The notes under the pieces were generated by a model that saw only the letters and a list, made by a program, of their open reading frames with translations, did no database searches and was not told where the DNA came from. Positions 32,759 to 43,434 of a stretch of 64,000 bases of DNA are shown here, piece after piece. The stretch is from Candidatus Dadabacteria bacterium (lineage in GTDB: Bacteria > Desulfobacterota_D > UBA1144 > Nemesobacterales > CSP1-2). The stretch lies in contig CAWDVW010000005.1 in the NCBI GenBank assembly GCA_963805855.1, positions 864,001-928,000 of the forward strand, in the 5' to 3' direction. Position numbers and translations under genes: made by a program. Each line of letters opens with the position of its first letter. The stretch's first letter is position 1.

Positions 32759-33823
32759 GTTTACCTAACGGCGGTAGCAGTGGGGGTATTAATTGGTTTT
32801 GGGGCGTAGTTCTATCCGTAGCATTTCACCTACTAGTCTTTTTATTCGTTATGTTTTGGGGATTTGGCAGTTCTAAATATTCAGCCCAACCGAATTTCAT
32901 CGAGGGAACACTGGTATCTCTTTCAGATTTAGCTGACACGGAGGGCAACAACGAAATCAAAGCCTCTCAAGTAAAGGAGGAAGCTCAAAAAGACCCTAAG
33001 AGAGAAGAAAAAAAAGCAAGTGGAGGAGCCAAAGGCTGAGCCAAATAAAGAAAAGCCGAAAAAGGCCGAGGAGCCAAAGGTTGAACCAAAAAAGGCGGAA
33101 AAGGAAATAAAGCCACCTCCGAAAACTGTAAAAAAAGAAGAAAAGAAGGAAGAACCTAAAAAAGAAGACGAACCGAAAAAAAAGGAGCCTGAGGATAAAA
33201 ATGTGGTAGCATTAGAAACCAAGAAAGAGGTGAAAAAGGCTGAGAAAAAGCCAAAACCGACAAAATCCCCTGAGGTAAAGAAAACACAGGCAACCAAAAA
33301 AAAAGAAAAACCTGATTTAGAGAATGCAAAAACAAGGATATTAAAAGACATTCAAGAAGACGTTAGAGCAGAAGAGAGACAAAGCGTATTAGAGGAAATT
33401 CAGAAAAAACAAGGGGTTACTGATGAAAAGGTAGTGGCAAAAGCCAACACCACCGAAAGACCGGAAAGAAAGTCAAATAGTGGGAGAGGACAATTGGGTA
33501 GAAGTTCACTTGGTGGGGGAACCAACGCAGTAGTGACCAATTTGTTCCTCGAGAGAATTCGTAATGAAATAAGGCAACACTATAAAATTCCCCCAAGTAT
33601 ACCGACGGATGGAAAATTAGAAACGTTTATCTTCTTCAAGATCAACGAGAGTGGGAAGGTTTATGACGTGAGAATCAATGAGTCTTCTGGTAATCCAGCA
33701 TTCGATGATTCATGCATTAAGGCAATCTATAAGGCAGCCCCGCTCACTCCTCCGCCTCCTGAGCTGATGGAGCAGGCGAAAACCGTTGGGTTCTTAATAC
33801 CTTTTACAAACGATCCGTCTTAG
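32755..33823 (+). CDS. tolA: TolA/TonB-like protein, frameshifted at A8 tract 33008-33015
   Basis: ORF 32755-33039 has the TM anchor (SVAFH); ORF 33020-33823 has the Lys/Glu/Pro linker and C-terminal SSGNPAFD domain; removing one A fuses them. Confidence 0.85.
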
Positions 33824-33870
33824 ATGTAAAACTCGCCTGTTATCAATTATAATAATCTCGTAATTACCAT

Positions 33871-34512
33871 TTGAAAGGAGGTTTGAAGACAATAAATCTA
33901 ATTCTTATTCGTCACGGCGAGACAAACTGGAATTTAACTCAAAAATGCCAGGGATTTTCGGACATCGAGCTAAACCAGAACGGAAGAAGACAGATTAAGG
34001 AATTGGCACAGTCACTAAAGAGTGAGGAGATATCCGCTGTCTATTCCAGTGATCTACGAAGGGCTAAAGATACAGCCGTCCAAATAGCTAAATTTCATAA
34101 TCTTTCGATAAATGTCGATCCTGATTTAAGAGAAATGAATCAGGGCAAATTTGAAGGACTCTCATTTATTGAAATTAGGGAATTATATTCAGAATTGCTC
34201 ACCGAATGGCGGAAGGATCCTGAATCTGTAAGAATACCCGGGGGTGAAACGCTCATAGAGGTTCAGGAAAGGGCTTGGAAGAGCGTTCAGAGAATAATTA
34301 AGACACATCATAACGAGAATGTCGTGGCTGTAAGCCATAATTTTACGATTATTACTCTCCTCTGTAAATTCAAGGGAATCGGACTAAGGGACTTTTTTAA
34401 TTTCAAGATTAAAGCCGCATCAAAGAATGTCGTAATTATAAATAAAGGGAGTTTCAAGATCGATCGACAAAATGACACAACTCATCTAAGTCCCCAATCT
34501 CTGACCTTTTAG
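33871..34512 (+). CDS. Histidine phosphatase family protein (GpmB/CobC-like)
   Basis: LIRHGET, YSSDLRRA, LREMNQG, VSH. Confidence 0.9.
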   Translation: MKGGLKTINLILIRHGETNWNLTQKCQGFSDIELNQNGRRQIKELAQSLKSEEISAVYSSDLRRAKDTAVQIAKFHNLSINVDPDLREMNQGKFEGLSFIEIRELYSELLTEWRKDPESVRIPGGETLIEVQERAWKSVQRIIKTHHNENVVAVSHNFTIITLLCKFKGIGLRDFFNFKIKAASKNVVIINKGSFKIDRQNDTTHLSPQSLTF

Positions 34513-34597
34513 TTACTAAATCTTATTTCCGTAGCATTCATTCTACTTCTACCTAAGAATTGTAACTTGCAAATTAAGGTGTATTTTTAAAGAACTA

Positions 34598-36277
34598 ATG
34601 AAAGAGGAAATAAGAGAAGCAGTCCACAAGGCTTTAGATAATCTAGGTTTAGATATCGAGCAGATGGATTGTAGGATAGAGATAGACATACCTAAGAAAA
34701 GGGAATTTGGTGACTTTTCGACCAATATCGCTCTGATATTAGCAAAAAATTTAGGGAAAAACCCACGCGAAGTCGCAGAGCTGATTATTCAAAATCTCCC
34801 TGAAGACCGGAAAAGCCTTTTCAAGAGGGTGGAAATTGCGGGTGCCGGTTTCATAAACTTCTTCATCAAAGAACTTGCAATTATAAGTAAATTGACTGAA
34901 ATCGAGAGGCTTGGAGGAGGCTATGGCCTTTCAACACTGGGCAATGGGGAAAGGGTGCTCGTAGAATTTGTTAGTGCAAATCCCACTGGATATCTTCACA
35001 TGGGTCATGCCAGGAACGCTTGCGTCGGAGATGCAATATCAAACCTCTTAAATGCCATCGGTTATAATGTTACGAGGGAATTTTTCATTAACGATGCCGG
35101 AAGGCAGATTGAGCTACTTGGCCACTCCGTTTATCGAAGATATGAGGAATTATTTGGTATCAAGATTGAGCGCTTAGAGGACGGATACCATGGAGATTAT
35201 ATTAAAGAAATAGCCCTAAGAATAAAAAACGAGAAGGGTGATGCTCTTCTGGCGGATAAATCAAACAGGGAAGATTCTATCGAGTTTTGTAAGGATTATG
35301 CAAAGAGCATACTACTGGAAGAAATAAGGGAAGACCTGGAACTAATTGGCACATCATTTGACACATGGTATAGCGAGAGGGACAAGCTGTATAGTCCGAC
35401 CCGTAACCAAGATAATGAAAATTTGATAGACATAATTCTAAAAAAACTCGATGAGAGAGGAGTGATAAGTCATAGGGATGGCGCTATTTGGTTCGAGGCA
35501 TGTAAATTTGGTGATTCCCAAGACTGGGTTCTCGTAAAGAAAGACGGAAGTTATACATATTTCATTTCTGATATCGCATATCATTATGACAAGATGAAGA
35601 GGGGATTCGTTAAATTGATTAACGTCTGGGGCGCTGATCACCATGGCCATGTGAATCGTATCAAGGCAGCGATGAGGGCTTTAGGGTTTGATGATTCTTA
35701 TCTTAGGGTAGTATTAATCCAGTTTGTTAGACTGTTGACCGCGGGTAAGGAGGCGTCGATGTCAAAACGTTCTGGTAGCTATGTTACCATGCGCGATGTG
35801 GTAAAAGAGGTAGGTCCCGATGTTACAAGGTTCTTTCTACTTATGAGAAGTTCAGACAGTCACCTTGATTTTGATCTTGATTTAGCGAAGAAACAATCCA
35901 GTGAAAATCCGGTTTATTACATTCAATATGCACATGCTCGAATTGGTAGCGTATTTGAAAATGCATTGGCGAGAAGCGTACGCCCTTCAAACGTTTTTTT
36001 GAAACTACTAGTTCATCCTGACGAGGTCGATATAGCAAATAAGCTACTCCAGTTTCCAGAAGTAATAATGGATAGTGCGTTGTCTCTTTCTCCACACAAA
36101 ATTGCTTTTTACCTGCAAAACATAGCCTCCGATTTTCATGTTTATTACAACAAGTGTAGAATAATTACAGATAGTCCGGAGTTAAGTAGTGCCAGATTGT
36201 TTTTTATCGACTGTATCAAGACGGTCCTGTCAAACGGTCTGAGAATGCTAGGAGTCAGCGCGCCTGAGAGAATGTAA
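34598..36277 (+). CDS. argS: Arginine--tRNA ligase
   Basis: VEFVSANPTGYLHMGHAR, MSKRSG, YIQYAHAR, APERM. Confidence 0.97.
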   Translation: MKEEIREAVHKALDNLGLDIEQMDCRIEIDIPKKREFGDFSTNIALILAKNLGKNPREVAELIIQNLPEDRKSLFKRVEIAGAGFINFFIKELAIISKLTEIERLGGGYGLSTLGNGERVLVEFVSANPTGYLHMGHARNACVGDAISNLLNAIGYNVTREFFINDAGRQIELLGHSVYRRYEELFGIKIERLEDGYHGDYIKEIALRIKNEKGDALLADKSNREDSIEFCKDYAKSILLEEIREDLELIGTSFDTWYSERDKLYSPTRNQDNENLIDIILKKLDERGVISHRDGAIWFEACKFGDSQDWVLVKKDGSYTYFISDIAYHYDKMKRGFVKLINVWGADHHGHVNRIKAAMRALGFDDSYLRVVLIQFVRLLTAGKEASMSKRSGSYVTMRDVVKEVGPDVTRFFLLMRSSDSHLDFDLDLAKKQSSENPVYYIQYAHARIGSVFENALARSVRPSNVFLKLLVHPDEVDIANKLLQFPEVIMDSALSLSPHKIAFYLQNIASDFHVYYNKCRIITDSPELSSARLFFIDCIKTVLSNGLRMLGVSAPERM

Positions 36278-36281
36278 TAAT

Positions 36282-37031
36282 ATGAGTAACTTGTCGAAAA
36301 ATCCCGGAAATAAACAGATCATCTTCTTTTTCTTTGGCTTTTTGATCTTTTTTGCCTTTTCCTTCAGTTTAGGTGTAATAGTGGGAAAACAGATAGGTAA
36401 GTCCAGTGATAGCGGTTTCGGTGATGTATCAAAAAATATTGATACAGAATCCGGTCTTGGGGGAATTATAAAAGAGGGTGGTCAAGAAACTTTCCTTTTT
36501 GAGGAAACAGAGACAATTAACGACAATGGAATTGGTACTGAGAACCGCAAGTCACCGAATGAAAAAGAATCTGGAGCCACTAGCAAAGTTGAGGATATAG
36601 AAACGGACCAGCCGACTACGCAGTCAAGCCCCTCTTCAGCAAACGAAATAGATGACAAGGCTGTTGTTGCGGAAGCCGTCGATAATAATCCAACATCGTC
36701 AGACACCCGAGATCAAATAGTGGGTCATACAGCAGAAATTGACAATAGACGTAAGGAATTAACATCGTTACCTCCGATTGATCCGGAAGGGAAATACACC
36801 GTCCAACTAGGTTCATTCCAGGAAGAGAAGACCGCACTGCAAATATTGAACTCCCTAAAATTTAAAAGGTATCCAGCGTTTGTTAAAAAGGTCGAAATAC
36901 CCGGATATGGTGTCAGTTACAGGGTAAGGATAGGCACCTTCGGTACGAGGGAAAAAGCTTATCTCTATGGTGAAAACCTCAAGAGGTTAGAACCCTATAT
37001 TAAATCGGTATATATAACCACGAACGATTAG
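36282..37031 (+). CDS. SPOR-domain cell division protein (FtsN/DedD-like)
   Basis: N-terminal TM, disordered linker, YTVQLGSF...YRVRIG. Confidence 0.85.
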   Translation: MSNLSKNPGNKQIIFFFFGFLIFFAFSFSLGVIVGKQIGKSSDSGFGDVSKNIDTESGLGGIIKEGGQETFLFEETETINDNGIGTENRKSPNEKESGATSKVEDIETDQPTTQSSPSSANEIDDKAVVAEAVDNNPTSSDTRDQIVGHTAEIDNRRKELTSLPPIDPEGKYTVQLGSFQEEKTALQILNSLKFKRYPAFVKKVEIPGYGVSYRVRIGTFGTREKAYLYGENLKRLEPYIKSVYITTND

Positions 37032-37098
37032 CGATATCTCGTATGATTGAAAATTTGCAGAGTTAAACTCTGGTAAAAGTAAAGGGGCCTCTTTTATT

Positions 37099-37782
37099 AT
37101 GTCCGTTCCCGAAGAAGTAGTAGATAGATCAAAGGGTGGAAAAGAACCGGCTTCCACGAGCCTCCTGGGAAGTGGAATTAAGAATTGGTGGATAATTTTG
37201 ATACGCCCAATAGAAGATTATCTTATTGAAAAGAAGATTCACCCAAATGTACTGACGATTACAACTTTGCTGGTTTCAATCCTTACTGGGATATGCTTTC
37301 ATTTCGGTTGGGCCTTAATAGCAGGAATTTTGCTGCTAGCTGGCTCTACATTCGATATTTTTGATGGACGCGTGGCAAGGGCTCAGGGTTTATCCAGTAA
37401 ACACGGTGCTTTTTTCGATTCCTGTCTGGACAGATTTGCTGAGGCCTTTATATACCTCGGTTTGTTGAGTTACTTTCAGGGGACCATTTTTTCCTATGTC
37501 GTTTTCTTCATTCTAGTTTCAACAATGATGGTCAGCTATACACGCGCGAGGGCAGAAGGTCTTGGGATTGAATGTGAGGTCGGGGTAATGCAAAGAACAG
37601 AACGTGTTGTATATTTAGGTCTCTTTTCAATATTAAACTTTTTTGTGAATTTATTTTCCTCGGCGATTGGACACAACCCTCGAGATATCTCATTAAAGCT
37701 TGCATTGATATTGCTATTAGTGTTTTCCTTATATACAGCTATTCAGAGAATGGTTCACGTTATGAAGAAATTAAAAACGTGA
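37099..37782 (+). CDS. CDP-alcohol phosphatidyltransferase (PI/PIP synthase-like)
   Basis: HPNVLT, DIFDGRVAR..G...GAFFDSCLDR, VSYTRARAE, MQRTER. Confidence 0.85.
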   Translation: MSVPEEVVDRSKGGKEPASTSLLGSGIKNWWIILIRPIEDYLIEKKIHPNVLTITTLLVSILTGICFHFGWALIAGILLLAGSTFDIFDGRVARAQGLSSKHGAFFDSCLDRFAEAFIYLGLLSYFQGTIFSYVVFFILVSTMMVSYTRARAEGLGIECEVGVMQRTERVVYLGLFSILNFFVNLFSSAIGHNPRDISLKLALILLLVFSLYTAIQRMVHVMKKLKT

Positions 37783-37911
37783 CGAGGGCATTGCTAGCCG
37801 CAGTCTGGCTCAAATCGATACCGCCTTTCGATTCTTATTTGTTATCAAGGGTCATAAGAAACCAGGTATTAACCTAATACACAATAACATTTGTAAGAAA
37901 ACATAGTCCGA

Positions 37912-38295
37912 CTACTCTTCAGATCGATTATTCGAAACTCTTTTTACTTCAAATGTTGTACTTTCTTTTATTCTGCTTGCTTTTTTCGATCTTCCCCTGA
38001 GATAATAAAGCTTTGCCCGTCTAACCTTTCCCTTTCTTTTGATTTTAATTTTCTCGATAAGCGGAGAATGAAGGGGGAAAATTCTCTCCACACCGACCCC
38101 ATAAGAAACCTTCCGGACTGTAAATGTTTCCCTTAAACCACCTCCCTTTTTTGCAATCACCACACCCTCAAAAATCTGAATTCTTTCCCTTTCGCCTTCT
38201 TTGATTTTGTAATGAACTGCTATTGTGTCTCCGGGGCGAAATTTTGCCAAGTCACCCCTTAACAGTGGCTTTTCAAGTTCATCTATAACGTTCAT
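37912..38295 (-). CDS. rplS: 50S ribosomal protein L19
   Basis: [27 protein letters not shown]. Confidence 0.97.
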   Translation of the reverse strand: MNVIDELEKPLLRGDLAKFRPGDTIAVHYKIKEGERERIQIFEGVVIAKKGGGLRETFTVRKVSYGVGVERIFPLHSPLIEKIKIKRKGKVRRAKLYYLRGRSKKASRIKESTTFEVKRVSNNRSEE

Positions 38296-38316
38296 TTCAA
38301 CTCTCCTTATTGATAT

Positions 38317-39609
38317 CTAGATCGATAGTAATCTATCTAAGACAATTGCTGCAGCGCCCCTCACCGGAAGATGATTGTAATTCGTATAACCTACGATTGG
38401 TTTAAGGACATAATCCGCACTCTCTAAAACTTCTTTAACTATACCCCATCCTGTCCCAAATAGTATTAAATATGGCTCGGTTCCCTTTTGAATTTTTTCT
38501 CTGAGTTCCTGATAACCAATCATAAAATTTCTATGCCTAGCATCCGTTACTACCAATTTCGGTTTCAATCCTTCTTGTTTTTCAATCTGGTCGATGGCTT
38601 CCTCAATCGAACTCTTTATCGAAACTAGTCTTAAAGCATCTGTCCTCGTGGGGTTGAATGAAGAACCCGGCCCTTTGATCCAATGGTTTAGAACCGCTTC
38701 AACTAATTTTTGCTGCTCGTAGACAGGTTGTACTAAATAAAAACCCTTCACACCATAGGTTTTGCATACCCGCGACATATCATGAACATCAAGATTCGTG
38801 AATGCCGTAGTTATCTTTTTAAACGTTTTATTGTATACGGGATAATGAACTAATGCAACGTAGACTTTTGTACGCGGAGGATCTTTATCTATGAGCATCT
38901 CTAATTGCTTTATTTCTTCAAAAGTCAGGTTTGACCTGTCAATAAGATAAGGCTTTCGAGAGAGGGTTCTTTTTATGCTTTCCAGCCGTTTCCACTTTTT
39001 TATTGCCTTATGATTTCCACTGAGAAGAACTCGAGGTGCTCTTTTTCCTCTAAAAACATAAGGCCGGGTATACTGAGGATGTTCGAGCAAGCTTTCATTG
39101 AACGAATCGTGATAAGCGGAATACTTATTTCCTAATACTCCTGTGACAAATCTTGAAATAGCGTCTATTACCACTGACGCGGCATACTCACCTCCTGAAA
39201 GGACGTAATCGCCAATTGATATTTCTCTGTCAACGTACTTTTCCCTTATTCTCTCATCGATGCCTTCATATCTTCCGCATATAATGATTATCTGCTCAAA
39301 CTCAGATACCTCCTTAGCTATCCTGTCTGAGAAAACTTCCCCCTGGGGTGTTGTGAGTATTACAACCGATTTCAAATCTTCATTCTTTATTGATTCTATG
39401 GCTCTGGCCAGAGGGGTCGGCCTGAATACCATCCCACCGCCGCCACCATAGGGTCTGTCATCAACTGACTTTCGCTTATCCCTAGTATAGTTCCTTAGGT
39501 CGTGTGTATTAATTCTTATGATCCCCCTCTCCTGGGCCCTTTTAAGGATTCCGAAGGAAAAGAGCGAATCAAAGAATTGGGGAAAGATTGTAATTACGTC
39601 GAACTCCAT
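38317..39609 (-). CDS. trmD: tRNA (guanine37-N1)-methyltransferase TrmD fused to a second SPOUT-type methyltransferase domain
   Basis: DDRPYGGGGGM, CGRYEGIDER, GDYVLSGGE; C-terminal VALVHYPV..TNLDVHD..FGTGWG..YNHLPVRGA. Confidence 0.92.
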   Translation of the reverse strand: MEFDVITIFPQFFDSLFSFGILKRAQERGIIRINTHDLRNYTRDKRKSVDDRPYGGGGGMVFRPTPLARAIESIKNEDLKSVVILTTPQGEVFSDRIAKEVSEFEQIIIICGRYEGIDERIREKYVDREISIGDYVLSGGEYAASVVIDAISRFVTGVLGNKYSAYHDSFNESLLEHPQYTRPYVFRGKRAPRVLLSGNHKAIKKWKRLESIKRTLSRKPYLIDRSNLTFEEIKQLEMLIDKDPPRTKVYVALVHYPVYNKTFKKITTAFTNLDVHDMSRVCKTYGVKGFYLVQPVYEQQKLVEAVLNHWIKGPGSSFNPTRTDALRLVSIKSSIEEAIDQIEKQEGLKPKLVVTDARHRNFMIGYQELREKIQKGTEPYLILFGTGWGIVKEVLESADYVLKPIVGYTNYNHLPVRGAAAIVLDRLLSI

Positions 39610-39651
39610 CTTTCTCACAGTTGGGACGGGAATTTTAAATAGATCACGGTT

Positions 39652-40164
39652 TTAATCAAAAAGGCCTTCTATAGGTGTGATTATCACTTCCGATTCTTCT
39701 AGCTTAACCCCTTGTATAATAGTATCAACCATCGGTATCAGAAATTCCTTCTTATCATTCTCTACTACTAACAAGGCCTGAGGCGCTCTGTCAACTAAGT
39801 CTTTAACGGTGCCTATAAAGTTCCCTTCTATCGTAACAACGTTAAGTCCAATTAGTTGGAACCAGTAGTATTCGTCTTCTTCTGGTTCAGGGAGGTCGCA
39901 TTTGTCAACCATTACAATCGAACCTCGCAGCTCCGAGGCTTCTTCAATTGTATTAATTCCCTCAAGCCTAATTATGGTTGTTTTATTCTGAACTCTTAAA
40001 TCGGAAATCTTTATTTCTACGGGTTTTTCATCTTCTTTCTTGTAAATAAATAGCCTATTTAGCTTAGTAATGCTATCTGCATTCCCGCTGTATAAAAAAA
40101 CCTTCACCTCACCATGTAAACCGTGAGGTTTCGAAATTTCTCCAAGAGGTAATAGTTCATTCAC
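39652..40164 (-). CDS. rimM: Ribosome maturation factor RimM
   Basis: KPHGLHGEVKV, EDEYYWFQLIG; operon position. Confidence 0.93.
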   Translation of the reverse strand: MNELLPLGEISKPHGLHGEVKVFLYSGNADSITKLNRLFIYKKEDEKPVEIKISDLRVQNKTTIIRLEGINTIEEASELRGSIVMVDKCDLPEPEEDEYYWFQLIGLNVVTIEGNFIGTVKDLVDRAPQALLVVENDKKEFLIPMVDTIIQGVKLEESEVIITPIEGLFD

Positions 40165-40180
40165 ATTGAGGCAACTATTT

Positions 40181-40420
40181 TTATTCTAGAATCTCCAACA
40201 CGGCGCGTTTTCTCAACTTTGCTGCTGCTGCACCAAGTATTGTCCGTATGGCCTTAGCTGTCTTTCCCTGTTTACCAATTATCTTCCCGAGATCCTCTTG
40301 TGCTACTTTCAGTTCCAATACTGCCGTCTGCTCACCAGATACTTCCTTTACTTCTACTTGCTCAGGGAAATCTACAAGTGATTGCGCTATGTGAATGACG
40401 AGCTCCTTAAGTTTATCCAT
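40181..40420 (-). CDS. khpA: KH-domain RNA-binding protein KhpA
   Basis: [26 protein letters not shown] before ATG 40420. Confidence 0.9.
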   Translation of the reverse strand: MDKLKELVIHIAQSLVDFPEQVEVKEVSGEQTAVLELKVAQEDLGKIIGKQGKTAKAIRTILGAAAAKLRKRAVLEILE

Positions 40421-40483
40421 TTCAATTACCTCCTGCTTTTTAGCTGAATTCGTCTCCAAGCTTAACCCTAATAATCACGATCA

Positions 40484-40720
40484 TCACTGCATGAGCTTCG
40501 AAAGTAATTTCTCCACCCTGTTTGTAGGTTTAGCCCCATTGGCTAGCCAATTCTTTACCCTCTCTGTGTTTACCTCTAGGAGATGAGGGGTCTTTCTTGG
40601 ATCGTAAGACCCTAAAATTTCAAGGAATTTTCCGTCCCTTGGTGAACGAGCATCTGCGGCTACTATTCTGTAAAATGGCTTCTTATTTGAACCCAACCTC
40701 ATAAGTCTAATTCTAACCAA
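40484..40720 (-). CDS. rpsP: 30S ribosomal protein S16
   Basis: VRIRL.R.G..KKPFYRIV..D.R.PRDG. Confidence 0.97.
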   Translation of the reverse strand: MVRIRLMRLGSNKKPFYRIVAADARSPRDGKFLEILGSYDPRKTPHLLEVNTERVKNWLANGAKPTNRVEKLLSKLMQ

Positions 40721-40777
40721 ACTTATTAACCTCCTTGAATCATTTAACTTAGGAAAATCTAGGCTAACTGAGTATTT

Positions 40778-42112
40778 TTAAACAACTCTCATTAATCTCT
40801 TAGCAAGACTACCCATCTTACCCATGTTTTTCATCATACTACGCATCTGCATATAATTTTTAATCATCCGGTTTACATCCTCTACACGAGTACCACTACC
40901 CTTTGCAACTCTCTTACGTCTGCTGCCGTTTAGAATTGTATGATTTAGCCTTTCCTTATGTGTCATAGAATTGATAATGGCGATCGTCTTTTTTATTTCC
41001 TTGTCAGCCATTTCCATAGCTCTGGGGTTTCCAGAAATTTTTTTCATTCCAGGAATCATATCAGCCATACTTTCAATCGGTCCCAGCTTACCCATAGCAA
41101 GCATTGCCTCTCTAAAATCCTCAAGTGAGAACTCCTTCTTGAGAATTTTCTTCGCCATCTCTTGAGCCTGCTTCTCCTCAAACGCCGCTTGAGCTTTTTC
41201 AATGAAACTGAGCATATCGCCCATACCCAGGATTCGAGATGCTATTCTTTCAGGATGAAAAACCTCCAGCGCGTCGAGTTTTTCTCCCGTACCAAAATAC
41301 TTTATTGGCTTCCCAGTAACAGATTTGATTGATAATGCGGCCCCGCCCCTTGCGTCACCATCTATCTTTGTAAGAATGGTTCCACTGATATCGAGAGCCT
41401 CATTGAAGCTAGTCGCAACATTTACTGCATCCTGACCCGTCATAGCATCTGCGACGAGCAGAATTTCATGAGGGTTTATCTGAGCCTTGATGTTTTTCAA
41501 CTCCTCCATTAGCTCGGTATCAATATGGAGCCTTCCCGCAGTATCAATTAGTAGTACATCATATCCCCCGTATTGGGCAGCTTTCAGCGCGTCCTTGCAA
41601 ATTTCTACCGGGTTTCCTCCAGGCCGAGTATTGTAAACGCCTGCTCCAACCTGATCAGCGAGGACCTTTAGTTGTTCTATGGCCGCTGGCCTGTACACAT
41701 CTGCAGGAACAAGGTATGGATTTCTTTTTAATTTCTCTTTTAGCGTCTTAGCTAGCTTTGCAATTGAGGTGGTTTTACCCGAGCCTTGCAGCCCCACGAG
41801 CATGACTGTGACAGGCGGTGCTGTTCTAAGGTCTAACTCTGAGCTATGTTCTCCAAGTATTCTTACAAGCTCTTCGTAAACTATTTTTATGAATTGTTGT
41901 CCGGGAGTGAGGCTACCCAGAACCTCCTGCCCCAACGCCCTTGCCTTTACGGACTCGATAAGGTCCCTTACTACTTTGAAATTAACGTCGGCTTCGAGCA
42001 GATTCAGGCGCACTTCGCGTATTGCATCCTGAATATTCTGCTCGCTGAGCTTTCCATAACCTCTGACTTTCTTTAAGGTATGACTTAGCTTTTCTGATAT
42101 ACCCTCGAACAT
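40778..42112 (-). CDS. ffh: Signal recognition particle protein Ffh
   Basis: GLQGSGKTT, DTAGR, DARGGAALS, RILGMGD, M domain. Confidence 0.97.
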   Translation of the reverse strand: MFEGISEKLSHTLKKVRGYGKLSEQNIQDAIREVRLNLLEADVNFKVVRDLIESVKARALGQEVLGSLTPGQQFIKIVYEELVRILGEHSSELDLRTAPPVTVMLVGLQGSGKTTSIAKLAKTLKEKLKRNPYLVPADVYRPAAIEQLKVLADQVGAGVYNTRPGGNPVEICKDALKAAQYGGYDVLLIDTAGRLHIDTELMEELKNIKAQINPHEILLVADAMTGQDAVNVATSFNEALDISGTILTKIDGDARGGAALSIKSVTGKPIKYFGTGEKLDALEVFHPERIASRILGMGDMLSFIEKAQAAFEEKQAQEMAKKILKKEFSLEDFREAMLAMGKLGPIESMADMIPGMKKISGNPRAMEMADKEIKKTIAIINSMTHKERLNHTILNGSRRKRVAKGSGTRVEDVNRMIKNYMQMRSMMKNMGKMGSLAKRLMRVV

Positions 42113-42343
42113 TGACTCTTAGAAAAACCACTTTAATTAAATTAAGCAATAATAGTTAGCATATCATATGGTAAAAGTCAAATACCTAACTATGTTCTAA
42201 CATATTAATAACAATAGAAATATTTTGATTATCGTAATACGAGAACTTAATGTCAGGAATAGATGTTTCCAAAATAGATTAGACTTGAGTAAGATCAAGG
42301 GAAACAGACGATTCCAAGTTCTTTTAAATGGAGGAAGAGTATT

Positions 42344-43258
42344 ATGTTTTCACGCAAGGACACGATATTGGGCATTTCATTATTTCTCACATTATTTTTC
42401 TTCGGTGTACTGGGCAAAGCGCAGGAAATTTATGACTCTAGAGAGTTCAAGGATTATTGGTACGGAGGAGCGGCCGAGATAACAAGTTACGAGTTACAAC
42501 AGGCGCGATATGGCGAATTACACACCGGACATGCTGTGTTGATATTTGTGACCGAGGATTTTTCGTTAAGTAAACAGGTAAAACTCGACAATCCAATACG
42601 TGATAAAAAGGACGCAGTAAAGGTCTTGAAGCTAAACTCAATAAGGAAGTTTAATACCGGAATTTACCAATACTCGATGATGAACTCAATATTCACGCCC
42701 TTGAATATCGCTCCCCACCCTTATTCACTCAAAGAGACTCTATCGGCTCAGGAGTGGTGTGGTAATTGGTTTATGCAATTAAACTTGAGGGACAATAAAT
42801 ATCTGGTTCGTATGAACTCCTATTTTGAAGCGGAAGGTGATACAGAATTTACTTTGGAAAAGGCCTTTCTTGAAGATGAGATCTGGACACGAATAAGGAT
42901 TGAACCCAGCAGTCTTCCACTAGGAGACATAAGAATTATACCTGGCGCTACTGTAGCAAGATTTAAACACGAGAGACTAGAAGTTGAAGACGCAGAGGCT
43001 ACACTTAGCGACTATTCGGATAACATTATGAGTTATCGGCTACACTACAAAAACAAGGGACGGTCGTTGGTTATAAGATTCAACAAGGATTTTCCTTATA
43101 AAATAATTTCTTGGGAAGAATCTTACGGGAGCGGCAAGAGCAACATAGACAGATCTCTGACGACAAAGGCTTCTAGCAAGAAAACGCTTCTGGTGGACTA
43201 TTGGAATAAGAATAAAAATGTTGATCTTGGTATGAGGAAAGAACTAGGTCTGGATTAA
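42344..43258 (+). CDS. Conserved hypothetical secreted protein
   Basis: Signal peptide; YWY.G.AEITSY.L.QARYGE, IFVTEDF, QEWCG motifs of an uncharacterised family. Confidence 0.7.
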   Translation: MFSRKDTILGISLFLTLFFFGVLGKAQEIYDSREFKDYWYGGAAEITSYELQQARYGELHTGHAVLIFVTEDFSLSKQVKLDNPIRDKKDAVKVLKLNSIRKFNTGIYQYSMMNSIFTPLNIAPHPYSLKETLSAQEWCGNWFMQLNLRDNKYLVRMNSYFEAEGDTEFTLEKAFLEDEIWTRIRIEPSSLPLGDIRIIPGATVARFKHERLEVEDAEATLSDYSDNIMSYRLHYKNKGRSLVIRFNKDFPYKIISWEESYGSGKSNIDRSLTTKASSKKTLLVDYWNKNKNVDLGMRKELGLD

Positions 43259-43434
43259 TAATTCACTAGCGAAGATAAATACTTTTACGGATGAACGGCA
43301 AAGAAATGAACACTGAATTAATTGAATTCAAGTGTTTAATTTAATCACTCCTCTCATTGATTTTATCAGATCGATAACTTCAGTTCCAGGTGCTATCTAG
43401 AAAAAATTTCTTAATTAGATAAAAAGCCAGAGCA

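Noticed and set aside
33020-33320. Lys/Glu/Pro-rich repeats as a DNA repeat element
   Set aside because: Ordinary low-complexity TolA linker.
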